DNA of 62,812 nt, filler included, from Octopus bimaculoides (taxonomy: Eukaryota): the NCBI RefSeq assembly GCF_001194135.2. It is 6 parts of 5 records of this genome, joined end to end, with 100 filler letters (N's around TTAATTAATTAA, not from the genome) between each part and the next. Parts side by side here need not be neighbours in the genome. Positions count along the whole stretch, not along the records: positions 37,420 to 41,586 come from NC_068986.1; positions 41,687 to 55,704 come from NC_068995.1; 4 more parts are not named here. One strand, written 5' to 3'. The notes beneath the pieces are model-generated. The model was not told where the DNA came from and made no database searches. It was given only the letters and a program-made list of their open reading frames with translations. Numbering within the stretch: the stretch's first letter is position 1; each line of letters opens with the position of its first letter. Position numbers and translations under genes: made by a program. Positions 39,961-52,868 of this stretch are shown here, in pieces.

Positions 39961-41262
39961 TCAAGAATTTTCTAAATTTTCGTGTGAACAATATTTAATG
40001 ACCGCTTAGAGATAACTTCCTCATCATTCTGATGCTTAATATTTTCAGCAAGATAATTCTTCCATCTATTCAAGAAATTATAAGGATCGATTGTCACACA
40101 GTACAAGAAAATTGTGCAAAATAGTTTCTAAAATGTTTTAACAAAAGTTTTCCAATTTTGTATATTTTCAACAATAGATGTGGTAGTAAATAGCAGACAC
40201 CTCGATACTGATACCATAATGTGTATCAGTCCATGCTGCAGCTGACTCAATTATTGACCTTGTATCTTGTGAGTTGATACCTAGTCTGATCTCGGGACAA
40301 CCAAACTCAGCAAACCAAATATCAAAGCATGCCAGACATACTCGTCCTGTCTTTATAAGAATATGTAGAACTTTACCTGCTAATATATACAAATTGGTTT
40401 ATTCGCCTAAATAATATCATTCATAAGGTTTTAGTCAACCCCAGGCTGTGATAGAAGACACTAAAATACCGTGCTATGAGAGCGAACCGGAACCATGCAA
40501 TTGCAAATTTTAATTTTTTTCTTGCACTGGTTCCTGTCATCGAAATGCAGCCAAACAAGGGTCCCATCTCTAAGAGTTTTAGTTGCCCTTATCGACCACA
40601 GGATTTAGTTATCGAACGGTAAGTTTTGATATAAGGGGACGCAACACGACACATCGTTTTTGCGATTAGACACGTACAAAATTGCGCGCGCACGCACACC
40701 ACACCACACCACACACACTCTCTCTTTCTCTCTCACCCCCTCTCTATCTCGTCCCATCTCTCTCTCGCTCCCTCTCTCTCCTCCTCTCTCTCACACACAT
40801 ACACACATATTTACGTATACTTCAGGTTTCTATTCAGTTTCCGTTTATCAAAATCCCGTCACACAGACCTCGTATTGGTCAATTCGATACTACAAGCTAC
40901 CATGGGAGACACTTGTGTACCAAGTTACCAGGTATTTGTTGGATCGAATCTGGAAAAAGAAGTGATTTCAAAGTGTGTAAGTCAGTTAAACCATTTGGCT
41001 GTACCCCTGTCTGTTGACATAATTTTATTAATGAGTAAAATAAGACATTTAAAAAATTATTCCTAACTTTTATTGATTGAGGTCAAGTATTCAGGTTAGT
41101 ATATTTTTAACGATAAGTGCAGCTTCCTGGGATACAAGTGCTTTACTTTTCTTCTTTACACGGGGGTCATTTAGATCAAGAGCATTCCTGAAATAAGTAA
41201 AAATAAACATGTTTTAGACAAGAAATATGCAGCCGATTGTTAATATTACTGTTGTTGTTGTG

Positions 41263-41586
41263 AAGGCGACGAGCCGGCAGAAACGTTAGTACACCGGGCA
41301 AAATGCTTAGCGGTATTTCGTCTGCCGTTACATTCTGAGTTCAAATTCCGCCGAGGTTGACTTTGCCTTTCATCCTTTCGGGGTCAATAAATTAAGTACC
41401 AGTTACGCACTGGGGTCGATGTAATCGACTTAATCCCTTTGTCTGTCCTTGTTTGTCCCCTCTATGTTTAGCCCCTTGTGGGTAATAAAGAAATAAGAAA
41501 CGTTAGCACGCCGGGCGAAATGCTTAGCGGTATTTCGTCTGTCTTTATGTTCTGAGTTCAAATTCCGCCGAGGTTGACTTTGCCTT
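41263..41586 (+). mobile_element. SINE family C, tandem 1.3 copies
   Basis: Near-identical to 17708-17950. Confidence 0.85.
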
Positions 41587-42559
41587 NNNNNNNNNNNNNN
41601 NNNNNNNNNNNNNNNNNNNNNNNNNNNNNNTTAATTAATTAANNNNNNNNNNNNNNNNNNNNNNNNNNNNNNNNNNNNNNNNNNNNATATATATATATAT
41701 ATATATACCACTATCGGCGCTTAGTAGCGTTTAGGAATAAGCAAACTTTAGGGTAGTTACAGTATTATTTGAAGCATATCTTAACTACTTAAAGGCAAAT
41801 TCTCGTCAGTTACCGTGGAGAAGAAAATCCTTTCTTATGGGAAAAGCAGTAGCAAAACCTTTCCTGCACAGAGTTGCCTTCTAACGGATAGCAAGACGCG
41901 CGATTTGGCTACTTAGCTTTAGCATCCTGTAAAGGAAAATCAGGAAAAGCGATAACTCTGGATATATTTAATGCTGCAGCTTTAACTATGAAACTTTTGA
42001 CGTAGGCAACTGAGATACGCTAGTATGTATTATTATAAAATAACAACATCAGCGCTATGTAGTGATTAGGAATAAGTGAACTTAAGTTTTAGGAAATATC
42101 TTAATTTATAATGGCAAATTCACAGTCAGGAATAAAATTTAAGTAACCGAAATTTCATTTATCTATAGTCCCTTCTTGTTGATGCTGACGCTTATATTCC
42201 GACCAGGCAATCCACGGCCTTAACGCATTCACAGATATCCACTGTTTTTTTTAGTTAAAACTACGGCTTTGAATCTGTCGAGGGTTTATCTCTCTCCTAC
42301 ATTAGGTATTGAGGAAGACGGGAATCCATTAGAGGGAAGCGGTATGCAGATCTACTGTTTTTACCACAAGAGAGGATATTTCGCCACGATAACTGCAGGA
42401 AATTTGACTCCTGATGTTAAAATACTTCGCGAACATGTTTTAAGTAACCGAAAATTCATTTATTCACTCACTCACACACACACAAACACACACAGACACA
42501 CACACACACACACATACATATGTGAATAAATTATTTGCCAAAAACCCAGTGTCAGTTTA

Positions 42560-44220
42560 AGGCAGAATCAATGGGAATCGCCACATGAGATTAGGATGAG
42601 GGCTACTGGGGAACTATATTGGAAACAAATGATGAATTCAACAACAAGCTGTATGGTTATCAGAACTGGAGCAGGACTATCATCAGTATGTCCAGCAAAA
42701 GCTGCATGAAATATACAGCAAAATACTCGAAACAGTATGACGTAAAGGAAATACGCTGACCGAGACGTCAGAACTGGTGAGAATTTTATGTTTTACCGGT
42801 GAAATCTCATGCTGTTGTCCCAATCGTCATCAAATTACTGCCCAATAGTCTTCCAAAACAACATGAACAAATTATACACAAGGTGCTTTGCAAGATTATT
42901 GTATCACCAACAGCATTATAACTGAGCAAGCTAGAAGAAAGAAGGAGATGGGTGGCTATGTAGAGGGGCTATTAATTGATAAAATCATTCTGGACAAAGT
43001 AGTAAAAATATCGCAGTAACTGAACAAAATATTTTTCTTTAGCGTACTGAAGTGTGAATTATCAAGGCTTTACAATTAACCGAAATCCCACAATCTCTAA
43101 TGAGTGCTATTGAACTCCTGGTCTAGATGATAAAACCAAATTGAGTCTGTTAGTATTCACCAACAACAAGGTGTCTTTCAATTTGATAGTCTGTTAGTGT
43201 TGCCCTTGGTCCACTTGTAAAAACCGCTATAATTCATGCTCACAAAATATAGTTGCCTTAGAAAAAGAAACAGACGTACCTCAAAACTTTTCTTTGTCGA
43301 CTGCCTGAAACTGTATTTGGCCAAACATCAACCATTAAAAAAACAATTGGAGCTCATTACCCAATTCCCTAAATACACTGGAATGGAACTTGGCAACTTG
43401 AAATGTGCATTTTATTTTACGATAAAACGTGAAAATGTACCTTCCTCAGAAAACGTAAAATGAACGACTTGACGATATACCCCTTCGTTCAAGTGACGAT
43501 TATAGGTACCTTAGCCAAGATAATAACGTTAAATATAGTGGACAGATAAATAAAAACGGAATCAGGATATTACCACAAGAGTTTAAAAAGACTATGTTCA
43601 TGAGAACTCTTAGCTTACAACAAACATTGCCCAAAACACATTTGCAGTACCTATCTTTACACCTACATTTGGCCCTCTGAACTAGTCATTACAAGAACCT
43701 AATGCGATAGATGCTTGAACTCATAATCTACGCAGTCTTACAGGAAGCGTCAACATGAATGAGAATGTAAACAGGGTACACATCCCAAGGCATGATGGTG
43801 GCTGTGGTCGCAAATTTTTATTAATGTCATATGAAGAACCTATTGTGACGTCTTTCCTGCAGTGGAAAGAAACAAGTTACTATCTTACCCAATTTTATGA
43901 CAATAAAATCAACAACATAATTAAGATAGCTAATGGACTTGAGAAGTATGAAAAACGAGCTGAATCAGATCTCTTCCCAAGAATCAATGGTAAAATATAT
44001 TTATGAGAGGAATAAAATATAAAAAAAAAGTTGGGCCAGTTCACTGAGAAGATAGCACATGCTTAAAGAAAAAGCACAAATCATAGAACGAATCGATCAT
44101 GTCAACAGCTTGGCATAGAAAACGTTGACAGAAAACAAACTGTAATGTAGGCTCTGCAAGAACAAGATGGAAAAAAATGAACCACATTATTGCCAAATGT
44201 GATAGAATCTCCTCCAGATA
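42560..44220 (+). pseudogene. Highly decayed R4/Dong-like LINE ORF
   Basis: YCPIV..NNMNKL (cf. YRPITCLN..YKL), LLIDKIIL and RVHIPRHDGGCG (cf. RLY.PR..GGRG), with many stops. Confidence 0.65.
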
Positions 44221-44419
44221 TCATCTTTTCATGATGAATAATGCGGCAACGAGAAAATCATGGAACAAGAAACGAAAATAAAATATCTACAAAGTTGACT
44301 ATTTCCTTGTGTGTGCGTGTGAGTGTGTCTACATGTATGCGTTTGTGTGTCTATGTTTATGGGGGATGTTTCATTTATGAAGACGTACTCATCTATTTGC
44401 CTGAGTGTTGGTCCTTCGA

Positions 44420-45480
44420 GTGCTTGGATAAAATACGGTTGTCATGTCGACCCAGTGTGTCTCCATGTTGGTCTTTGGCACGTTGGTAGAGTATGGAGGA
44501 CTGATTTTGTCGTCATATTGTCACAAATGTACATTTAACGTCTCCACAATTCTTCTACCTGACTCACAAATGTATGTCATATTCTTGTCTTTCCAGGCAC
44601 CCTCTATGCATGTTATGCTGTACACTACACTTCGAGTTCTACAGTTAATGCCAGGATTAATCTTACATAACATGCAGTTTTCGTTGGTGCATGTGGTATT
44701 CTCAATGAGGTACGTCCTACATAACTGTGATCTGATGGAGCTCCCTGACTTTTCAACGATCTTAATGTTGAGCCTGGTCTCCTTCAGAGCTTGTTCTCCA
44801 TGAACTGTGGCTCCTACAAACATCACTCCTTAATTTTTGTCGGTCATGTACTCTGTGTTCACCTTGTTTGCTTTGTCACAAACTCTGTATCCTATTCCAG
44901 TCTTTACCTCTATATATAGGGCAGGCACCACTGGTTTCATTAAATATAATGCTATTTAACTTTTTTCTAGCTCCCCTGCATACCCGAATACTATATTCCT
45001 GTTCATATCCAGAGAATTGCACGCGGTGCATGAAATTATGTACGTATTTCTTTGTTTCATAGGGTTCGTATAAGGGAGACATGTTATTCATTATCCTAAG
45101 TCCGCTATCAGTATGTTGGTTATCATGATATATAACAAAGCTGAGTACTTGTGACCAACATATCTAGAAAGTGTGGGTTTTCAAGTAATAGGAGTGGAGG
45201 AGCTGCACTATTGTTGGATGGAATTAACTACGTACTGGATGCTCTCCATTATGCTCCTCTCGGTTTCTATACGACAGCTGCTAGAACTTGTCTTAACTAG
45301 AATATTAATGCCATCTACAGACCTAAATTAAGAAAAGCAGTTCTAGATTGTTCAGCTAAGGAGTGTTTAAGTTTTCTCTCCCAACAAGTCTTGAAGAGGC
45401 CGGCTACATGACCAGCCATACCGACAACAATGGCAACACCTTGAACTTGCATGTATAATTTCCTGTTAACGTTTACTATG
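44420..45480 (-). pseudogene. Penelope-like element: RT C-terminus plus GIY-YIG endonuclease remnant
   Basis: FMHRVQFSGY...PIYRGKDW, then CTNENCMLC...NCRTRSVVYSITC...YICESGRRIVETLNVH (VVY..C..C..YIGE pattern). Confidence 0.85.
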
Positions 45481-48138
45481 TTAAACTGTACCGGTTAAAC
45501 TTTACTGTGACCTGGTGGGGCAGAATCTACTAACATGTAGTTGTCTATATAACATATTCAAATAGACAAGCATGCATATATTATATATACGCATACGCAT
45601 ATAGTTTATATATGTTCTTATATAATTTACTTCTTACACCATGTCACGATCTTGATAAGTATTTTGACGCGGAATGACTCGAAGCGCTGTCTTATTTGTT
45701 TGGACTCTAACTGGAGTTTGTTACTTTCCTCCACTATATGGAACGATAATGGTTTCAATTGCAATAATTTGGAAAAGTGTTTGATTGATTGAGTTTGGTC
45801 ACAAGGTTATCTGCAGTAATTAAAATTTTTACGACATTTCAAGCCGTGTTCTGTAAATGCGTGACATGATGGCAAATGCCTTCATTTTAGGTCTGATTAT
45901 TAAGACAGGTCAATGAAATGAAAACACTTGCTCTAAACGTGAATGTCCTATGTTGCAAAATCAAAAGGTGGTTATCAGAATGGCTAAAATTGTGATATTT
46001 AGTGGACACCGTCAGATTCTAAGCAATACTTCATATTTACTTCTTACCATCTGAAATATGCAAAGAACAGGTATTGTTAATGTCACGAGAAAAATATGTT
46101 CAATCCTTTTCAATTTTGAATTTCTGAACGTAAGAATTCGAGAATTAAAATAAATACTATATGAAATACGGTATCAAATATCATGACTTAATTTCGAATA
46201 GAACGTGGTCAACACACTGGATAATTGCGAATTATGAAAGGTAAACAACTATTCAAATGCACTAAATATAATTGATTAAACCACAGAACACACCTCAGGT
46301 AATACAGGTACGTTAAAAAATATCCATTACAATACACATGTTCAACATTTTAAAAAAAGTTTTAGACATATCACTTTATCTCTCTCATGGCAAAACAGAC
46401 TATATAATAAATACCAAAGAACGTATATGTTATGTCTGAAGCTACTGCTATCTAGCACCTTCGGATGATCTCTACTCAACCGCTACACAACTGCTACTCG
46501 ACTGCTACCCAACTGCTACTCAACATTCCTACCACGGCCAGGCTACCTCGATTTATATGTCTTGGGAGATCCTACATCTTCGCCTGGGGGAGTCGACACA
46601 ACAGTTTAGTAAATTCCATAAATATAATTGTATAGAAAAGGGGCATTACCTTTTTGTAGTTCACATTCTCATATACAACTAGTTAGGCAAACAATTAAAC
46701 ATTTCTACTGATATATAAATATATAGATAGGTGCCTAATATATATATAAACATACACACACAAATAAGTATGTATATANNNNNNNNNNAGATTATTGCGA
46801 ATGACAGCTAATTGATATTGATAAATACGCTACTTTTTAATTTGTTCAGTTGAGTCTACCGTACTATATCATCTACTGACTATTCACTGGCTTGACCAAA
46901 AGGTTATTTTGATACTATCGAACAAAAATAACCTTCCAATTAAGAAAGTTTTTGTCCAGGAATTAATAACAAATGCTTGTGATCATTCTCGTCAGGTAAA
47001 CAAGCCATTTAATTTATGCAGTTTTTATTAAGGAAACTTTATGTGTTTTTAATACTTTTATTCTACTATTAATAATAGAGTAGCACTTTCTGTTCTTTTC
47101 ATCTCCGATTTTAAGGATTATATCCAAGCCATTGTTTGTTATTAATTTTCTTGTAATTTTAATTGAAACTATTATAATCTTCGACACATTGTCCGAGATG
47201 TGGAATATTTAATATCGGTAGCTTGATTTTATGAAATTGTGCAAAAACAAACATTCCTATATAACTAAAGTTGTAAGAAGCAATGGAAGTTTTATTAAAT
47301 GGAAAATTTCCAAATATATATTTCTGCCTAAGATAGAACTTTTCAAGAGAGTCAAAATCGGACGTCGGGAGAACACGCTGTTGGTGCCAATGTTGTACAG
47401 TTCAGGCAGACATCTTGGCAACTAGATGAATAGCTTGTTTTACTAACTACCCCATTCCCGTACTGTTCCATATAACTCATTAAAAACGTATAACAATGGC
47501 TGCATTTCACAAATAGCAGTCATTTTTTAAACTCTAGTTACAAAGAAATCATCGTCATTTTACAAATATAAACAATCTGTTCTTTCTCAACAACACATTT
47601 CAGTTTTCTTTTTCTTTTTATCTTTTCAAATTTTCCTGTTTTCTGTTTCCTAATCTTTCTTTGATTTGCACTCTTTTCATTTTCTCTATCATTCATTTAA
47701 TTCTGCAATTCTATATTCTATCATCACTCATTAAATCATCCTATTATCTTTTATTTCGTTCATTTGATTAAATATAGTGTAATATTCAACACTATTCCCT
47801 AATGAATTCAATTGCAGTATTTATTATGTCACTTTATGTTTTATTAATCTCAGTATATTTATGATGAAGTAAACAGACACGAAACAGAATACAGTTATAT
47901 TAAGTACACCTAAACAGATACCAATCGTTTTCATTTCCTGATAGATTTGTTGTTTTAAGGGTTTCATTTGCTTTTACGTTTCCTTACGTTTATTGAAGTC
48001 ATAAGAAAGGATGAATAATGTGGAATGATCTAAAAGAGATGCGATGTTTCGATGCCAGTTTAAAGCCATTTCCTTTCAGTTGTACACTTGAACCTGGTGA
48101 CAAAAACAATGAACCTCAAGTAAATTTGCATTTAATAC

Positions 48139-48173
<35 letters not shown>

Positions 48174-48560
48174 CACACATACGCACACACAACACACACA
48201 TATACGCACACACAACACAAACACACACACACACAAATGTTCTTTTGTTTCAGTCATTTGACTGTGTCTATACAGGAACACTGCCTTGAAGGATTTCAGT
48301 TGCATATATCGACACCATCCCCACGAACTATGTAAACCTAATACTTATTTTCTTGGTCCTTTTTGCCGATATGTTAAGTTATGGTGACATAAACATACTA
48401 ACAGCGTTTGGCAAGCAGTGATGGGGACAAACACAGATATAGAAACAAGATATGTAGTTGAATAGCTAACGCTCACGCTCATAATGCATAAGCATTTCGA
48501 TTAATTTTTTCACAGTCCAGCCGTTCTTTCACACGGAATTTCGTCTATCTTCAAACCACT

Positions 48561-48642
48561 GGCTCTGATGAGGCTTATAAAAGGGAACTGAATTGCTTGT
48601 ATATAAAAAAAAAATGGATATAAGTCGAAACAAATTATTGCC
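48561..48642 (+). ncRNA. Hammerhead-like motif with 39-nt loop II and decayed stem III
   Basis: GGCT-CTGATGA-GGCTTATA...TATAAGTC-GAAA-caaattatt-GCC. Confidence 0.5.
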
Positions 48643-48717
48643 TTGTTTTTTTTTTTTTTAAATAATTGTTATGTTATCGTGTATTATATTGTATTCATAT
48701 TATACTATGTTACATCA

Positions 48718-49099
48718 TGGAGGCGCAATGGCCCAGTGGTTAGGGTGGTGGACTCGCGGTCGTAGGATCGTGGTTTCGATTCCCAGATTAGGCGTTGTGA
48801 CTGTTTATTGAGCGAAAACACCTAAAGTTCCACGAGGCTCCGGTAGGGGTGATGGCGAACCCAGTTTTACTCCTTTTTCACAACTTTCTCTCACTCTTTC
48901 TTCCTGTTTCTGTTGTACCTGTATTTTCAAAGGGCCAGCCTTGTCGCACTCAGTGTCACGCTGAATCTCCCCGCGAACTACGTTAAGGGTACAAGTGTCT
49001 GTGGAGTGCTCAGCCACTTGCACGTTAATTTCACGAGCAGGCTATTCCGTTGATCGGATCAACTGGAACCCTCGTCGTAGTAACCGACAGAGTGTGACG
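48718..49099 (+). mobile_element. SINE family A copy with 10-bp TSD
   Basis: atgttacatc at 48707-48716 and 49100-49109. Confidence 0.9.
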
Positions 49100-51393
49100 A
49101 TGTTACATCGTAATATACATAAATTATTGAATTGTCAATTGTATCTCTCTCTATTTAATTTATTGTTTATATATACACACTATGCATGAATTCGAAAAAG
49201 TTTTTCCTTAAGGAAATTGAATACGACCATATTATAAATTATCATATTTGTTTTGCGGGCATTTGTATATGTATCTGTGTGCGTGCGTATGCGTGCGCAT
49301 GCGTGCGCATGCGTGCGCATGCGTGCGCGTAAGTTGTGTTGAAGTGCATGTTTCATAATCGAATAAGATCATTCTAGTCAAATGAATAGACCTATTGAAT
49401 ATATTAATGTTAAAAGATGTTGTGTAACAACGGGGTGGGGAGGGTTCCCAACAGTACTGACCGTCGAAAGTGGAAATTTATCAAACAAAAGATCCTACAA
49501 AGTCGTGCACCAGTTTGATGCAGTCACATGACTAAAAGCAGTAGATGATAAAAGAATACATACCACATTAACACGCATGATTCATAAATATGATTGTGCG
49601 TGCCTGATTGGGGACGTGTGATCATGAATGCTATTATTTCGTTTAACCATCAAATGCTTGGCGACTGAGGATAATGCTAACTTAGAGCTGAGGTTTATTT
49701 TATGTACAACTCCATTATCCATCTGGCGTTTTATATTTAATAAACGCATTTTAATAGTTATATGGCTGCCATTTCAAACATATCAAGCAAACGAATAGAT
49801 CTACCGTCTTCGTTTCTTATTTCTAAGAGTATAACGTCTAAGTATTAGATAATTATTTATTAATTTTAGCTCTGTTATGACCGAGGTTTGTTGGAGGGAT
49901 CGTTAAAATATTGGACTAAATTCATATTAGAGTTGAGTAATGGGGAGCTTGATCTCCTGTATTCAATTTCAGCTAAGTTGAACCTGACATTTCATCATTC
50001 CTGAATGAATAAAATAACGCGCCAGTTTTGCGTAAGAGACTATATAAACAACTGCTCCTTCACCCAAACTTTGGCTCCTTCAAGCTTACTCGCAATTTAT
50101 TTTAGAGTTTTCTTTTGAGGAATACCATCTGTTTGAATATCTTTCTTTTATATTATTAGAAATAAAGCATCAGCTTACCATTACAAGTTATTTATGAGTC
50201 CTAATGTCAAAATAAACTTAAAAGTGAGTTGTGTCAAACATCTAGATCAAAATAACTGAAATTTTATCGTAGATTTAATACTTCCATTTCAACGTCTTAG
50301 TTTTTTGGCCCAGATATACAATCATTGATTCTTCAAATGCAAATGGTTGTTTATTCTTGAAAAGATGAATTGAGGACCCTGATGTATGTATGTCAGCACC
50401 AAACAGTTTCAATACATTTTGACTTAGTTGTAGGGATCTTACATTTGTTTAACCCCTAATTCATCTCGATTGAACATATCTGTATTCTGAGATACATTCG
50501 AGTTTACATAGCTACGAATAAAATGTTTGCTTCTATATGTTAAACGGTAGAGTGTGACATTGAAAGAACATGGATAATGTTCCTAACAGTTAGATGGAAT
50601 ATTTACAATGTCTTTTATAGTGTTGTAAGCAAAATAATAGTTCTGAGGTTTTAGCAAGTTCACTTGCTGCATTTTACTTGTAACAAATATAACACTTTAC
50701 CTGAAAATGAACGACATGTGTTCCCTAAGTTTCTGCATCAACTTAATCTTTTATAATTCCATCTCGTAAATATTAAAGTTTCTGAGACAGTAAATTTATG
50801 GTTTACTGTATAACGGGCTGGCTTTGCATTTCCCAGTCTATAATAAATGAAATATTTGTTGCTTCAATTTCTTTGACAATCGTTATTACTCATATGTCAC
50901 CAATATATTGAAATATCATGGCATACAATCGTAGTGACGTACACGAATGCCACTATTTCAGTATGCTTTGCTGTATATCCACTCATGGTCATCAACAGCA
51001 TGTATGCACGCTATCTGAGCCTCAGGGCTTGTTTCGGAGAGCAGTATGTTAGTCCGGAAGTGTGGCTGTGTGGTAAATAGCTTGCTTACTAACCACATAG
51101 TTCTGGGTTCAGTCCCACTGCGTAGCACATTGGGCAAGTGTCTTCTACTATAGCCTCGGGCCGACTAAAGCCTTGTAAGTGCATTTGGAAGACGGAAACT
51201 GATAGAAGCCCATCGTATATATATGAATATATACATAAATATATATATATATGTGTGTATATGTTTATGTGTCTCTGTTTGACCCCCAACATCGCTTGGC
51301 AACCGATACTGGTGTGTTTACGCCCCCGTAACTTAGCGGTTCGGTAAAAGATGTGCGTACATCTATATCTACATATATGTATATATATGTATG

Positions 51394-51424
<31 letters not shown>

Positions 51425-52738
51425 NNNNNNNNNNNNNNNNNNNNNNNNNNNNNNNNNNNNNNNNNNNNNNNNNNNNNNNNNNNNNNNNNNNNNNNNNNNN
51501 NNNNNNNNNNNNNNNNNNNNNNNNNNNNNNNNNNNNNNNNNNNNNNNNNNNNNNNNNNNNNNNNNNNNNNNNNNNNNNNNNNNNNNNNNNNNNNNNNNNN
51601 NNNNNNNNNNNNNNNNNNNNNNNNNNNNNNNNNTATATGTTTATGTGTCTCTGTTTGACCCCCAACATCGCTTGGCAACCGATACTGGTGTGTTTACGCC
51701 CCCGTAACTTAGCGGTTCGGTAAAAGATGTGCGTACATCTATATCTACATATATGTATATATAATCTGACGTTTTGAATTAGATTTGTCTCATCTTCCCG
51801 GTGCTTTGTAAACCAATAACGATTTAAAATTTTGTCAGAGGGCTAATATTTTCGAGAAAGGGAGAAATTGATTAGATCCACCCCCATTACGCAACTAGTA
51901 GTAATTTTATCCAGTCCCCCCAAAAAAATGACCCGTAAAATCAACCGCGATGGTATTTGAACTCACAAAGTAAAGACGGACGAAATGCCACTCAGCACTT
52001 TGCTCAATCTGCTAACATTCACTCAGGTCGCCACATTATTTTATAAGCCAAATAGTGAAAATTATTTTATACATAAAAAGGTAGATATATCCATAGATAC
52101 AGAGATAATCCATGAAGCCATACACATACACGCATATATACATGCATATACACATAAGCATATCCATGCAATAAAATAAGAATTGGCGCACTTAGTTATG
52201 TGAGTAAGTAACTAAATGAGAATTTTGAGTAGGTTACGGTTTTCAGAAAAAGAAATGAACTAAGTAACTAGCACATTGCAAATACAGTCTGTAAAGGGAA
52301 CAGTAAACATATGCAAGACTTTTCTTAAATTGAAAGTTTGAGATTGTTTTTGTTAGCTACATTCCAAACAATGACGAATTCTACCTTCGTTAAGAACAAG
52401 CATCCTCCTCACAAGACGAATTTGGAACGATTAAAACAAAAGAGATCATACATGCTTATATATATGCATACATACGTACATACATACAGACAGACCAACA
52501 CATAGACTGACAGTTAGACATGGAAGAAGAGAGCTAGTGGTCGAGTACAACCACTTCATAGAATATGTACCTATTTTGCAGTTTGCCATTAAAGCTTGAA
52601 GATGAGGATAATAGTTATTCAAAAGTTTGCCTGCCACCTCAGGAATTACGCTGTCTTGTTTGAATCACATATTATCGGACTTTTCTGATTAACAGGAGAG
52701 CAATGTTAACGTTAGAACTGCATGCTTAATATTTCGTG

Positions 52739-52777
<39 letters not shown>

Positions 52778-52782
52778 AGACT

Positions 52783-52868
52783 AAAATTATTCATCTTCAT
52801 AGGGCATTCGAATTCTAGTAACAGATCTTCATCAGAGTTAAAAATGCCCTATGAAGATGAAGAATTTT
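52783..52868. repeat. 26-bp inverted repeat (25/26 match) with a 34-nt loop
   Basis: aaaattattcatcttcatagggcatt and aatgccctatgaagatgaagaatttt. Confidence 0.9.

Noticed and set aside
40551-40618. Candidate exon ending ...CPYRPQDLVIER|gtaagt, phase-compatible with the Eph exon
   Set aside because: It lacks the W, GGR and Cys pattern of the first half of Eph FN3-1 and abuts a SINE remnant.
41710-42140. Diverged ~340-bp-period repeat with CTGACGA on the - strand; similar half-motifs at 18180-18230, 26260-26330 and 57080-57130
   Set aside because: The GAAA strand or stems are too decayed to call a hammerhead.
50961-51042. Candidate exon with tttcag and gtatgt sites
   Set aside because: The phase-compatible frame has no Eph-like residues, and the Cys-containing frame is out of phase.
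51260-51770. Apparent direct duplications flanking gaps (also 24277-24330 and 38306-38375)
   Set aside because: Identical sequence on both sides of an N run indicates unmerged contig overlaps.
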